From: Octopus vulgaris
Lineage: Eukaryota
Assembly (NCBI GenBank): GCA_951406725.2
Contig: OX597831.1
Location: 34,720,001-34,784,000, forward strand
Direction of reading: 5' to 3'
DNA length: 64,000 nt
Under the pieces are notes generated by a model that saw nothing but the letters and a program-made list of their open reading frames with translations, was not told the DNA's origin and did not search any database. Within the stretch, counting starts at the first letter, position 1, and each line of letters begins with the position of its first letter. This document shows, one piece after another, positions 41,640 through 54,999 of this stretch. Both the position numbers and the translations under genes were made by a program.

Positions 41640-42770
41640 TTAAATACTACCTTCTTACAAATTCAAACACAATTCACAACTTTAATATTCATATTCTTTA
41701 AAAAAAAATATTAGCGGAAGTAATTAAGACTTACTTGAAAGAATATCTGAATACTGTAAAATTTCGTAAATCAAGTAATTTACTCAAATGCGTTTACTAA
41801 CACAGAAACTATACCCTCATTTATTATTTATCTAGGTATACAATCACAAAGTTGTGGGTTTGATTTCTAGACTTGGCAGTGCAGTGTGTCCTTCAGCAAG
41901 GCACTTCATTTCACGTTGTTCCCATATACTCAGCAAAAATGAGGACCAGCCAAGTCCTGGTGTAGGCCTTCTCTCTAGCTAACACACACACACACACACA
42001 CACACCCTTGATGTCACATTGGGTCAGGAGTAGATGGTTGGAGAGTGTGTCTATACCTGCTTGTGATGAGAGATAGGCTCAAAACAATTGTCAGTATGGT
42101 ACATGCTACCAAGTCATCTTCAATTAAGAATAACAGCTGCAGTATATGTGCTGTGCCATTCCTATGACTATAAATATTCTCTCATCTTTTGATGATGACA
42201 TTTTCCAAATTATATATCACCAGGAAATAGCAATGGTAATATTAAAATACATATAAAAAACAAAACTGTAAAATAAGAAAATTCATATATCATTTAAATG
42301 ATAGAGGAATTTCCCTATGATCCTCTATATACATACATCCTTATGTGTGTGTTATACATAAACACACACACACATTTTTATAGTCCTTTCTTTCATAGGC
42401 AGATTTTTAGGATGAGAAAGCAACAGTTGAGAACTTTACAATACTTGCCACAATAATAACAACTCTTTTCTTTTTACCTTCTATGGTACACTAGCCACCC
42501 CATAACTTTATGAAACATTCAATCAGAGATAGAAGCAGCGGTGAAATCAACTTAGCAAGAACTGACCTCTCTTTTGTCATGAAGTAATCTCAAAGAAAGC
42601 AAATCATCCAATTAATGGTTTCTCATTTAAGCACCAGGTCAGCAATTTTAAGAAAGAGTTAATTGATACTATCAACTCCAGTACTTCATTGGTACTTTAT
42701 TTCAACAACCCTGGATGGATAAAAGGCAAAGTTGACTCCAGCTAGAAGAAATACTACAAGGTTACTGACT

Positions 42771-43156
42771 CATTCTATATTTAAGAGATGAGAAATTATG
42801 TACATTATTTACATTTCATGGATATTTGTCCTCATCTTGTTTGTTGCTAACATGTTTCAGCCGATATACCCTCCAGCCTTCATCGGGTGTCTTGGGGAAA
42901 TTTCAAACCACTACGCCATATGCCCATGGGCATATGGCGTAGTGGTTGAGAGCATGGGCTACTAACCCCAAGATTCTGAGTTCAATTCCAGGCAGTGACC
43001 TGAATAATAACAACATCGAAAAATACCTTAGGAATGAGAACCCAGGTTCGAAATTTTCCCAAGACACCTGATGAAGGCTGGAGAGTATATCAGCTGAAAC
43101 GTGTTAGCAACAAACAAGATGATGACAAATATCTGTCAACTGTAAATAATGTACTC
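42771..43156. mobile_element. Foldback element: tRNA-like head plus hammerhead-like tail in head-to-head inverted arrangement
   Basis: Inverted arms at 42800-42909 and 43045-43154, and a perfect 42-bp palindrome at 42906-42947. A box TGGCGTAGTGG and B box GAGTTCAATTC are on the plus arm, with CTGATGA..GAAAC at 43068-43100. It is flanked by TACTGACT at 42763-70 and 43157-64. Confidence 0.75.
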
Positions 43157-44676
43157 TACTGACTACCAATTCACTGCCCTTAGGCTAAAAAATAATGATT
43201 CCAAATTTTGGTACAAGGCCACCAATTTTAGGAGAGGGAATAAGTCAATTACACTGACTCAATGCTCAACTGGTACTTAATTTTTTGACACCAAAAGGAT
43301 GAAAGGCAAAGTCAACCGCAGTAGTAATTTAACTCAGAACATAGAGAGCTGGAAAAGCAAATAAAATACAACGAAGTGATCTATTCATTTCTTCTTTCTT
43401 TGGTGTCCCATGGAAACATCAGTTATACATCACATCCCAACTCTTAGCAACAAACTTAACCATTCTCATTGTACCAACTTATGAATAGGACTGAACCAAC
43501 TTATGAGCTATAGTTTAGCACTAGCTTTGGGCAAAATCCTAGCGACCCAAGTAAATTATGAACTGCTACATGCTATTTCCAGTTGTCAGGTGACTACATC
43601 ACAGTTAACTGAAAGTATGTTGAGGTGAAATAGAGAAAAGGGAAATTGATACATGGAGAGAGAGAGAGAGGAGAGATAGAGAGACTGCATCAAAAGACTG
43701 AAAATGGTTTGGCAAACAGCTTACTGTTATTCTGAAGTTCAAGGACAAGAACATTTCTTGCCCATTGGCTCTCTGACTCTCCAGGAAAACAAGAACCCCT
43801 GAATGGAACTCTCTCAAATCAATTATCAAACTAATTTATAGAGCAAGGTAACTAATGTTTGCCATGTAGTAAAAACTCTGTCTGTCTCTCTCTGACCAAT
43901 AGTCAATGATCTTTTCTGCTAACCTCAAATATCTGATGTTCTTCAGAAATAAAGGGATGATATCACCTGCCAAGGGCAAATGAAAATACACATACACACA
44001 AGCTCAATCTACCATTGTATGTGTGTGTGTGTGTGTGTGCGTGTAAACTCCAAGTTTCAAGTTAGTCACTGCCTTAAGTTTACCAGAGTAGAAAGGATAG
44101 AATTTTTTTTTTTTTTTGGTTAAATGCTAAGAACATTGGTTTCCTCAATTGACCTTCTTCAAAAGACAGCTATAATGTAGTACACCACATATAAAATAAC
44201 CTCTATCACCTCATCTTAGTGATGTGAGCAATATCAAATAAACTCTGTTTTTACTTTGAAAATGAAATGACATTTCACCTTGCAGCGTCCTCATTCTCGT
44301 TAAATTTAAGTTCTGCTATATAGCATTATCACTAGATGAGATATTTTGCAATATTTCTCAATTTTTTTCTTCTTTGAATGAACTGTATGTTCTATCACAT
44401 TATCTTTTAAAAAATATATAATACCTTTTAAAAAAAAAAACAAAAAAAAACTTTATATCTTATGAAGTTACAATTTAACATTAAAAGCTATCACTTTCAA
44501 AATTTAAGCAACTGCCAAAATGTAATAGTATATAAAACACTATGTGTAAGAAGAGAAAGAGATGAGATGAGACATAAAATTTATCGTTTTCTTGCTTAAT
44601 AGCCAACAAACCCGATTCAAAAGTCAAACTGAAAAATAAATAAGATACGATACAAAAAGACTAAGTAATGTCTAAG

Positions 44677-44719
<43 letters not shown>

Positions 44720-45299
44720 ATTTTTAGCTCAGAGAAATTTTGGAGGAAAAAATAAAATACATTCTCCTACAGCTTAACAGCTCACAAATAAAAAAAAATA
44801 ATAAAAATTCCTCAAAGGAATTCAGTTTCCAGTTGATCATCTTTTATACATTCTAATGTGCGTGCTTCACTAATCAAAGGAGAAAGGTTCCAAGAGAAAT
44901 AATACAAGACTTGTTATAGTTGAGTAATATTTGTTTACTATTTGTGATTCCAATGTTTTATACTTGTCGATGGATTATGTTTTGCTTTCTGCTTTGTTTT
45001 TATCAGAGAAATATGAGGTATATAAGTAATTGATCGGTAGACACAGGATTTATCTGTTCAAATGTTAAAAGTATGGGAGAACAGGAAGAGGAGGACAAAA
45101 TACCAGGGTTGCTAATTTCATGATGTTCTGAAGAAATCCACCAGAAATGGTTTATAGCATGTCTTTTAGAGGATATGACATACTTTTCGTTCTGATATTT
45201 TCTTCCTTTCTTTCTTGAAATCAAAAGGAATTCTTAGGAGGAAACAATCAAGCAAATGAGGAAATTGCCAACATTTACAAAACTAAATATTATGGCTAG

Positions 45300-45700
45300 G
45301 AACAGGCATGGCAGTAAGGTATGAAGTCAGCTTGCCAGCTACATGGCTTCAGGCTCAGTCTCACTGCATGGCACGTTGGGCAAGTGTCTTCTACTATAGC
45401 TCCAGACTGACCAAAACCTTTTCTAGTGGATTTGGTTGACATAGACTAAAAGAAGCCCATCAAATATGTTTGGGCGAGTGCATTATGTCCATGACTCTTT
45501 GTCATGTGTGATAGTTGTCTCCATTATTCAAACGGCATCATCTGTTTCCGGTCTTCCGTGAACACATGCCTGGCCAAGGAGAAATATTACCTTGTTTGGA
45601 AATAGGTAAAAATCGGTGAAAGGATGTAGGGCATCTGGTCAGTGAAAATCTATAGCATCTAACCTAAGCAAGCATGAAAAAATGAATGTTAAAAAAATAA
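45300..45700 (+). mobile_element. Family B SINE with RTE-type tail (tail type 2)
   Basis: Family B head, then ggcca.ggagaaatattaccttgtttggaaa.aggt..gggcatctgg..gcaagcatgaaaaaatgaatgttaaa. Homologous copies lie at ~47860-48232 (+), ~4040-4450 (-), ~8725-9100 (-) and ~12690-13060 (-). Confidence 0.75.
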
Positions 45701-46839
45701 TGGAAGAATGCTTAAGACAACAGTTATCCACAAACATTTTACCTTGTTCTTTTCCCCTACACAAAAAATTCTACACAATGTGCATTGAACTATCTCTAAG
45801 AGACAGTGGTAATAAATAAAACTAACCAATGATGTATCTTTTACATTTCATCTATTATGATGGCTGTGGCCTTTTACTCCTGTTCTTCTATTACTACAAT
45901 GGCCTTTTACTCTGAAAACTTAATAACTCTGAATCAACCTATTTAGTACACATAGTAAAATATTCCTCTTATTCTCCATGCCCAACCAACCTCCAGTTGA
46001 GTGTAATAACACCCTTGTTTATGTTTTCCAGTAATCTACTAACCTGCATCAACAGAACATTATCAACAGCACTAGCCTCACCCACATCTCCCGATAGTAG
46101 GAAAGGGACAAGTTCTAATAAGTTATAAAGAGAGCACTTCTTTCCTCTTTAAATGAATAAAATGAAACAAAAAAAAAAGAAAAAGAAAAAAGAAAGAAAA
46201 TGTAATTGGATCAGTTCGGTTAATAATATATCACTGGTTATTTGTTTTATCAGTAATAAATCATGAAAAGCCTATCACTAGATTTAATGGTACTCACTAT
46301 ATTGGGCCATAAAACAACCAGCTGAGCCAGGAAACATGTGTGCTGATTAATTTAAGTTAATGACATCAGTTAAACAACCAGTTAAACTTTTATAATTCTT
46401 TTCTTTTTATCTAATAAGCAAGAGTCTATCCTTGAAGGGATTGTGATATTACACCTACAAGTATTTATTCACTGCAATACTTTATGGCTTCTCCCTCATT
46501 CTCAGAATCTATACTCTGCTGTAAAGGTCTAATAAAACCAAAATGTGTCCAGTGTTACCAATACACTTGCTCAAGCTCACTACCTCATTGTACACAGCCA
46601 GATTCAATTTCAATTAATTTAAATTTCAAAGTGGTTTCTCCTGCCATCAACTACACCATATAGTTAAGGTTTCCCTTGTTTTTTCTGTCCTTCATTAACT
46701 AAAATTCTTTCACTCACTATGTAAGCAACAACTGTATATGTTCTTCATACAGAAAGCATTCAAGGGTAATTTCATTCGATCATTCTATAAGACAGTTCGA
46801 CTCCCCATCATCCAAACAAAGAGTTAATGAAGCATGAAC

Positions 46840-47432
46840 ATCAAGTTCAACTCCTACTGAGGTGTCAACTTTGCCTTTCACCGTTTGAAATTGACAAAAT
46901 AAAGTACCAGTCAAATACTGGAGTTGATGTAATCAGCTAAGACTTCCTACCATCAAAATTACTGATCTTGTACCTAAATTAGAAACATTAATTATTGTAT
47001 TATCATTAAAGTGGTGAGCTGACAGAATCATTGGTGCATCAGACAAAATGCTTAGTTGCATTTCTTCTGGCTCTTTTACACTTCAACTTCTCCTGAGGTC
47101 TGCTACTTTTTTTCATTTGTCTCAAAAGGATGAAAGGCAATCAAGTGGGGGAGGGGGGTCAATGTAATCAACTTACCCACTCTCCTCGAAACTGCTGGCC
47201 TTGTTCCAAAATTATTATTATTATTGCATACAGGGTAGTGCTTAGCAGCATTGCGTCTGTCCTTACATTTTAAGTTCAAATTCACCCAAAGTCGATTTTG
47301 CCTTTCATCCTTTTGGGGTTGATAAATTAAGCATCAGTGAAACGCTGGGGGTCAATGTAATCGACTAGTCCCCTTCCCACCAAATTTCAGATCCCATGCC
47401 TTTAGTAGAAAGGATTATTATTATAATTATTA
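46840..47432 (+). mobile_element. Cluster of three family A SINE copies
   Basis: Same head, body and (att)n tail as the copy at 18133. Confidence 0.8.
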
Positions 47433-48519
47433 TGCACCTTACAGTAGAGGTAACCCCCAGAGCAGCTAAACATGTTACCAAGTTTCTATTGCCAGTTGGA
47501 GCAATTTATTTCCCTTATATTTCCAATGTGCTCAAAAATGCAAAGGATGTCATTAATATTCTCATTTCACCTCTTTACGAAATCTTGGCTTCACACCTCT
47601 GTTGATTAGAGTTTGAATGAAATATCTAACTCAGAGACTGTGAATCTGCATTCTGTTACTACACGATTTCTTTGATAAACTGCATGTCAGAACCACGCAA
47701 GAGTAAAATAGATATTAAAAAATGATGATGATTACAACAAAAATTGGGAGGAGAATGATGGTAGGGTAAGGATCTTTGCAATGCTGAAGGAAATGTTTTT
47801 TACTCAAGCTATCAAGAACTTACCAAACCAATGGTGTAGTAAGGGTTAAAACCTATTGTCAGCCAGCTAAACTGAGGAAAACAAAATCTGCTTCTCAACC
47901 ACATGGTTTCAGATTCAGTACTTCTGGTGGCTTGTTGGGAAAGTGTTTTTTCCTTTGCACCAAGGCCAACCAAAGCCTTCTAAGTGGATTTGGTGAATGG
48001 AAATTGAAAAAGGCCCATCATATATATTTATGTGTATATAATATGAGTGTGAGTGAACATGAATATGTTTGTATCTTGTCTTGACATCACATGATAGTTG
48101 CCAATGAATGTTGCTGATATGCGAAATCCTTTATTTCCAATATTCTCTGAAAACATATCTGGCCATGTGGAAATATTACCTTGCTTGGAAACAGGTGAAG
48201 GTTGGTGTTAAAACGGGAATGATGATGATGAGGATGGCTGTGATTTCTGGTTAAATACATTAAATTTCACTTAATTTTTAAAATAATGAAGAATTTAGTC
48301 AACTTTGTTTCGAACAAATTAACATGCAATCTTGAAAATTTTAACTGATGCCTCTTTAAAATGCAAAGTTTATATCAGAGCCAAGGGTGGTCTCAGGAGG
48401 GTCAGTGTGAAAAGTGTTAAGAGATAACAAAGCCATGACTATAGAAAGGTTTAGAACCCATTACTATATGGTTAGTATTTCAATGTCTGTAATAAACCAA
48501 CAACAATGACTCCAACACA

Positions 48520-48840
48520 AGGTCTTGTTACATAGTGGTGGCTTGCATGCTTCAATGATTCTGAGAGCTATGTCAGCAGAGAGCAAGCTCCTGGTAGGAC
48601 CTCACATGCTCAACATGTCAAAGATTAGAAAACATGTCAAATGATGGACTACCTTTTTCCTCCACCAGGGATAAAAAATGTTTGTATAGGGTCAACACCC
48701 TACCTAGAGAAAAAGCAAAGTTACAGGAGCATTGATGACAATTCAAAACAGTCAAGGCCAGTGAGAGGACCACTTGGAGTCGAGAGCAGTGGACAAGTCA
48801 ATGGCTTATGCTCCACAGGGAGTGAGAGCTTATATAAGCA
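48520..48840 (+). mobile_element. Internally deleted RTE (BovB/Expander-like) non-autonomous element
   Basis: The 5' part ggcttgcatgcttcaatgattctgagagctatg..gctcctggtagg joins the 3' end gtcaatggcttatgctccacagggagtga. A more decayed copy at ~28800-29020 shares ccaatgactctaaga and catcaatggcctatgctcca. Confidence 0.55.
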
Positions 48841-51800
48841 GTGAGTAATGATTGGGATTGCTGCATGTAACAGTCATTATACAAAGCTGCCAGCAACAGG
48901 GAGTAATAGTCACTACAGATACTACAAAAACTTTTGGGCATGAAATAAAATGGAAATGCAGTAGACAGATGTACTTAGAAAACTGGACAAGAACTGAACC
49001 TGGTAATTAATTGAGAAAAACTGCAGATTATTCCATGTTGTGCGTCATGGAAATATGAACTAATATCCATACAAACAAACCTAATTGACTACACAGAAAA
49101 TATTTAAAAGCAACAAACAAATTAAAAAAAAAAGAAAATGGCAATGAAATCCCTAACTACAAACTTGCATGTACATGTACACAGATGACGGTCAGAAGCA
49201 AATAGATAAAGATAAATAGATGAAGAAACTGGTAAAATAATGGCAGAAGTAACTCCCTTCACTTTTTTTTTTTTTTTAGAACAAGATAAATCTCAGTAAG
49301 AATTACAACCTGAACTAATATAAATCACCAAGATCTGAATGATTGTGTTTCAGCTCAGCTGAAATGAAATGTAATGGTAGCATTTCTTTGTATTCTCTTG
49401 AGGATTGTGAAGGTGATGGAAAGTAGATAAGGCTAGCTTTACTACTTCCATATCAGATTTTCACCAAACACAGACACACAGAATAAGCAATGAACCATCT
49501 TTCTTTGAACAGAGATGTGGGAGGATGGAGGGAAGCCGGGGTCAGAGAGGATGGAATGGAGAGAATAACAATGTTAGAATAAAATAAAAAAGATTAGGTT
49601 TTGAGATTAAGCATGAATTCAAAATCTCCAGAATCCCTTTCTCTCTCTCTAAAACTACTGCATAACAAACTACATAAGAATATTTCCATCAACTCTTCAA
49701 GAACAAAGTGAAATAACACACACACACAAAAAAGGAGCAACTAAATCCAAAATATGGGACCACTTTTTGAATTCCTAACAGATTTAAATGTGCTAAATTT
49801 CTTACAAGGCTCACAGATAATGGTTGCAAGCTGGAAAGGAAAACAAGGTATAGTTGTGTCTATGCTGTCTGCCTTACTTCTTTCTCCAAAGGCATCCAAT
49901 GGCAAGTGAAATGAGACAGGGCTCCAATCCGAAACCTAAACTTAATATATTACATGCTAAGCTTAACAGCTTACCTGTAATCACAATAACTGTCACTGAT
50001 GAACATTTAAACCAGTGTACATGATAACAAGTTTAAAGAAGCCCAAACACTTGTAGAATCTAGTACTGAAAGAAATCTGAAAGTTTAAACTGTCTTCATC
50101 TATTACTACATATTGGTGGCATTCATTTGTTTGGTTTTTCAAGTTGATACCCAACAAAAAAAATTACACACGTCCTTCGACACAAGACATGCATAACAAT
50201 ACTGATTAATTTGGCTAAAAGACATTTTCACACAAAAAAAAATCCAAGTTTCAATCTTTCATCTAAAACACCCAAAATAACTTGTGCTCCCCATATCTGT
50301 GTGCCTGTGTGTGAATATGTATTTCTCAGGATTCCTCTCTAATCTATTGCAAACTACAAGATTAACGAACAAGATAAACTAATCTACATTCAGACAACAA
50401 GCTTTACAACAGACTGAAGTACAATCTGGAAGCTAGCAAAACAAACCGGATATCTTATTTAAATGTACACACACACACACAATAACAGTATATGTGTGTG
50501 TGTGCAGGTATGTATGTAAATCGATGTATATATGTGGCTATGTACAAAAACAGCTACAATTTTGATATACAGTGGAGGAATTATTATAGTGTTGGTCATT
50601 GTCGAAACTATGGCAACATTATATTTTGAAAAAAACTTTCATTACTTTCAAGCCCTTACAAGCCGTTTAACCCCTGGTCAGCTGTGAGTCAGTAAACCTA
50701 GTAACAAAGCTGTTCCAGCTGGAGCCATACCAGCTGTTTTTGTATAAAGATACAAATGAAGATATTTTTGAGTGCAAGAGTCAAAAGAAAGCATCTGTAA
50801 CATTTTATATGCGACATAATTGGGAATGTTTTTTGAGTGTTTTCCAGTCATACACTGTTTCCGCATACCGAATTCTTGAGGTTATTGTAGTTTTACTTAA
50901 AGTGTTACACAATGAAATTGAACCTGGACCTGCATAGTTGGAAAACGGACTTAATGTCACAAGTCATGCTGTGCCCTTACTATCCTGCCACTATCCAATA
51001 TGTACTTCTTTTTCCAAATCACCATGTAATTTGAGGAAAATTTAGTTACTATTTCCAGCAAAGCATGTCAACCAACTGCATTGTGGTTCACTAACTGCCT
51101 CCAAAATCTCTTGATTTAATCTATGTACTGCTAATCAATTTATGAGCTGTAGAAGTATGTTATGGGTGTTTGTTTATGTGTGTGAGAAATAAGCATTTGA
51201 GATACTTTGCTCCAACTTCAAGATTTACTTAAAACATGTTGTAAGTCCATCCTTTTGACAATCACTAAAGCAATTGCATTACAGGGAAGTTTCCTTCTGC
51301 AGGTAACTCAGGGTCCACCAATGTTTTACCCCTTGGTCCATATATTTCACCTGAATGGAGCATTGAGGATAGAATGAGCCTTCATTAAAGGTATGGAAGA
51401 AAGTGCTCCTTAAAGGAATGGAAGAAAGTGTACTGAATGACTCATAATATTTGTTCTGATACCTTGTGCTCCGAGTTCAAACCCTGCTATGGTCAAATTT
51501 GTCTTTCATCCTTTTGGGATCAATTTATTAAAAAAAAGTGGAATACTATTCAGTATCTATTCCAACTATGTGCATTCTGAGTTCAAATCTCACCCTATCA
51601 CCAAAAGAAAAAAATAACATGACACTCCTGTCTCCATCTCTGATTGAGAGATACCGATTTGAAAAAGGACAATGAAAATAGTCTCCTTGGTTCAATTGCC
51701 AAATCAACTGCCACCACCACCACCACCACCACCACCACAGTGGTTTGAGGATGAGTTTGGCTGCTATTGCTAGCAAGTCAAACTATCATGTGAAAGCAAT

Positions 51801-54447
51801 GCATCAATTACTGAAAGACAAAATATAAGTACCATTACAGATTCTCTGAAGGTGTAAACAAAGCTCAAGTTAGTCTAGAGGCATTTCTATCGCCTCATCA
51901 ACATGGGGGACTACTATTTTAGATGAGATAAAAGAACTGAGACATTCATCTGTTTTTTCTTTCCTTTAGTGACAACATAAGTCAAGAGAAATGACTACAA
52001 GCAGGAATTAAAAACCTGGTCATAGTCTGGGTAAGAAAAAGAAAAATATCAAGTCTTATATCTCTCATTTCCTTCTGGTGAGTGAATATTCACACATTTC
52101 CTGAGCTGAGAACTAGTGAAGAGTGCTTCACAGAGCTTTAAGTAGTGAAAACTATGCACCAGGATGTATTTCAAACCTAATCTACTTAAAACAGAACTTT
52201 AGCTTCATAGGACTTTCATTAATTAAAAATTTATTTATTCATTTGCTCATCGAATTTCCTTTTCGTTATTATTATTATTATTTCCAGTTTTTTTTTCTTA
52301 AATCATTCCATTCAATGTAAACCCCCACACTTTATATTTGTCTTTGTATCATTCCCCTTATCCATTGCTTAGGCAGAAAATAAAAATCATCATTATTATT
52401 ACTACAACTACTGTTTTTTTAATTTTTATTTTTAATGTTATTTAATGACAAACAAGGGGAATTAGAATCAGCAAGCATTAAGGAATCAGATTAAATTTTT
52501 AATAGAAAGAAAACTCTTTCGAGCAAAATTCTCATCATCATCTCAACCGATATAGTCATAAATGGTAATGGTGGGAGAGTGACTGAATGGCTCAGAAGGT
52601 AAGTGTCAGTCTTGATAGTTTGAAACGACAAGTTTGTGGTGTCTTCTCTGAAACCCTCTGTTCTACTGTCTGTCAATTAGCAAAACAACATTGGATGGAA
52701 TGAGATGATTTGGCACGGCTGTTTAGATGCTGATTATCTGGCACAGCTGACTGGACATTCAACCTATTTTAGGAACAGTATGTTTTGGGCACTGGAAGCA
52801 AACAATGCACATACATGCATGCAGAAATATATACATAAAAATGAGAGAGAGAGACAGACAGACATACATACATACATATATACATACATGCTCAGAGAAT
52901 GGGAGGAATATCAAAATGACAAACAAGTTAGTGTCATATCAGTGACACCAAACAGGTGGTGTCGAATCAGTGGTGCCAAATAGGTGGTACCAAAACTGCT
53001 GCACCAAAATTTGTCATATCCCAACAGAAAATTTCCACCCAATCTAAAATACATGATGCGAAGAATCTAAACTCATTTCATCATTCAACCATTGAAGAGA
53101 TCATAAAAAGTCATCAATTCTGGCAGATAGTTGCACGTAACCCAACATACACTTCAAAGACCCAGAGTGACAGCCAACACTAGTGTACTCATTTAAGCCT
53201 AAATTCAAGTGGCAGTCTGAATTTGAGTAAGTAGTTGAGATGAAATTTCTAAATGACAGCCAACACTTCTGCAAGACTCACTCTTAACATGAAATATGCA
53301 ATGACAACTCAAACCTGAGTAAATCATAATGAAAATAAACTTCAACCTAAAGAATATATTTGAGAAGATCTGCTTAATTTGAAAAGTGAATTGTACTATC
53401 AACATTAAATCATCATTATCAAACCTTGAACATTATTGTCTCAAATCGTAAGACTCATGGGGCCAGTTACCTGATTTCCACGGCATACAAGTGACTGAGA
53501 CACAACACTACCCCTGAACAGGATGCTAGTCTGTTACAGGATTACTCATTTACAGCTAAGTGAGCTGGGCGGTGTGAAATTATGTTTTTTGCTTAAGAAC
53601 ACCCCAACACCAAGCCTATGCACCTATATTTGAAAGGTGCATCCTACTTACATTATAGTATAACAAATACTATTGAATCAACTAAATCATAGAAGAATTC
53701 TGTCATTGCTCTGAAAGTTTATTTCATAGCCCAGAAAAGAAGTAGATTACTACTAGCCAAATAAGGTTAGTTCTACATCTAGTTGGACCCATCATCAACA
53801 TGTGATGGAGTCACAAGTGATTCAAGTACTACAACATGCACTCATGTCCCAGGAACTTGAGATCTAAATAATAAGGATTTTAAAGGACATGTGGGACAAC
53901 CATTCTCATTACATAGAAGGGAACACTGAGCTGGGAAATGTATGAAGCACTTCATAAACCAAGTCAACAGCACAGTTTCATTTGCCATCTTAATTCACTT
54001 ACACCTACAGGAGATACAAGAATACCTTAGGTCATATACCCCAAAGAAATTAATTATGTTAATGATTATTAACAGAAAAATCTGATTAAGAAAAACTAAA
54101 TGATCATAGGACTTGTAAAAAAAATAATCAAGAGAATGTGCGGATGCATAATAGATCATTTTATTTACATAGGACATGACAAATGTATATTACATTTATT
54201 CTACTAACAAAGAATTTAGCACCTACAACCTTTGAACAAAAACTGGGGGGAACAGATACACTATAGAATAGTGGTGATGCTTTCTTGTTAGAAAGCAGTG
54301 CATGATAAAATATACCAAATATATGTTATAGTGGAGATAGAGAAGATATCTAGCAACAGAAAATGTCGAACATATGAACTTACAAAACAACAAAGTTAGT
54401 CACTTTGTTCTTGTCAGGATGATGTAAGACTGCAGGGGCTTACAAGA

Positions 54448-54597
54448 CAAGGGACCATTGCAGGTTGCGAGACAAGGGACCACTAAAGGTTGCGAGGCAA
54501 GGGCCCACTGCAGGTTGCGAGGCAAGAGACCACTGCAGGTTGCGAGGCAAGGGACCACTGCAGGTTGCGAGACAAGGAGCCACTGCCGGTTGAGAGG
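54448..54597. repeat. Minisatellite, 6 x 25 bp
   Basis: Unit caagggaccactgcaggttgcgagg starts at 54448, 54473, 54498, 54523, 54548 and 54573. Confidence 0.95.
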
Positions 54598-54999
54598 CTC
54601 ATCCAACAAATGCTGCCACAGAAAAGCAGATGTAAAATGATAAAAGGTGATGACAGTTGTGTATGAAAGCATGTGCAAACACACCCACAGACAAATATCA
54701 GTTATTTTAAATTTGATACTTATGTTGGATTAAATTTTTATTTAAATCCTTTATTTACTATATTTCTGTTGGTACATACACTGGCTTTGTTTCAATTAAT
54801 GTTGAATATAAAACATTACTAAAATAACTATCATCAAGATTGTATTTGGAACATAATTTAAGTGTTGAGGGAAGGTTTTAATTTAGATCACTTGGAAACA
54901 AGGACTTATGTCAAAGAAACAAGGAGAAGTCCATGGAACACACAATTTTAAAGTACAGATTCCAATCTATTGATTTATCCTGGGCTGTCAAATTCCAGC

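Noticed and set aside
42928-43000. Genuine tRNA gene
   Set aside because: A and B boxes are present, but there is no convincing acceptor stem or cloverleaf. It is a SINE-like head, and the same applies to the other SINE heads.
54448-54597. CRISPR-like array
   Set aside because: The tandem units are contiguous with no unique spacers, there are no cas genes, and the context is eukaryotic.
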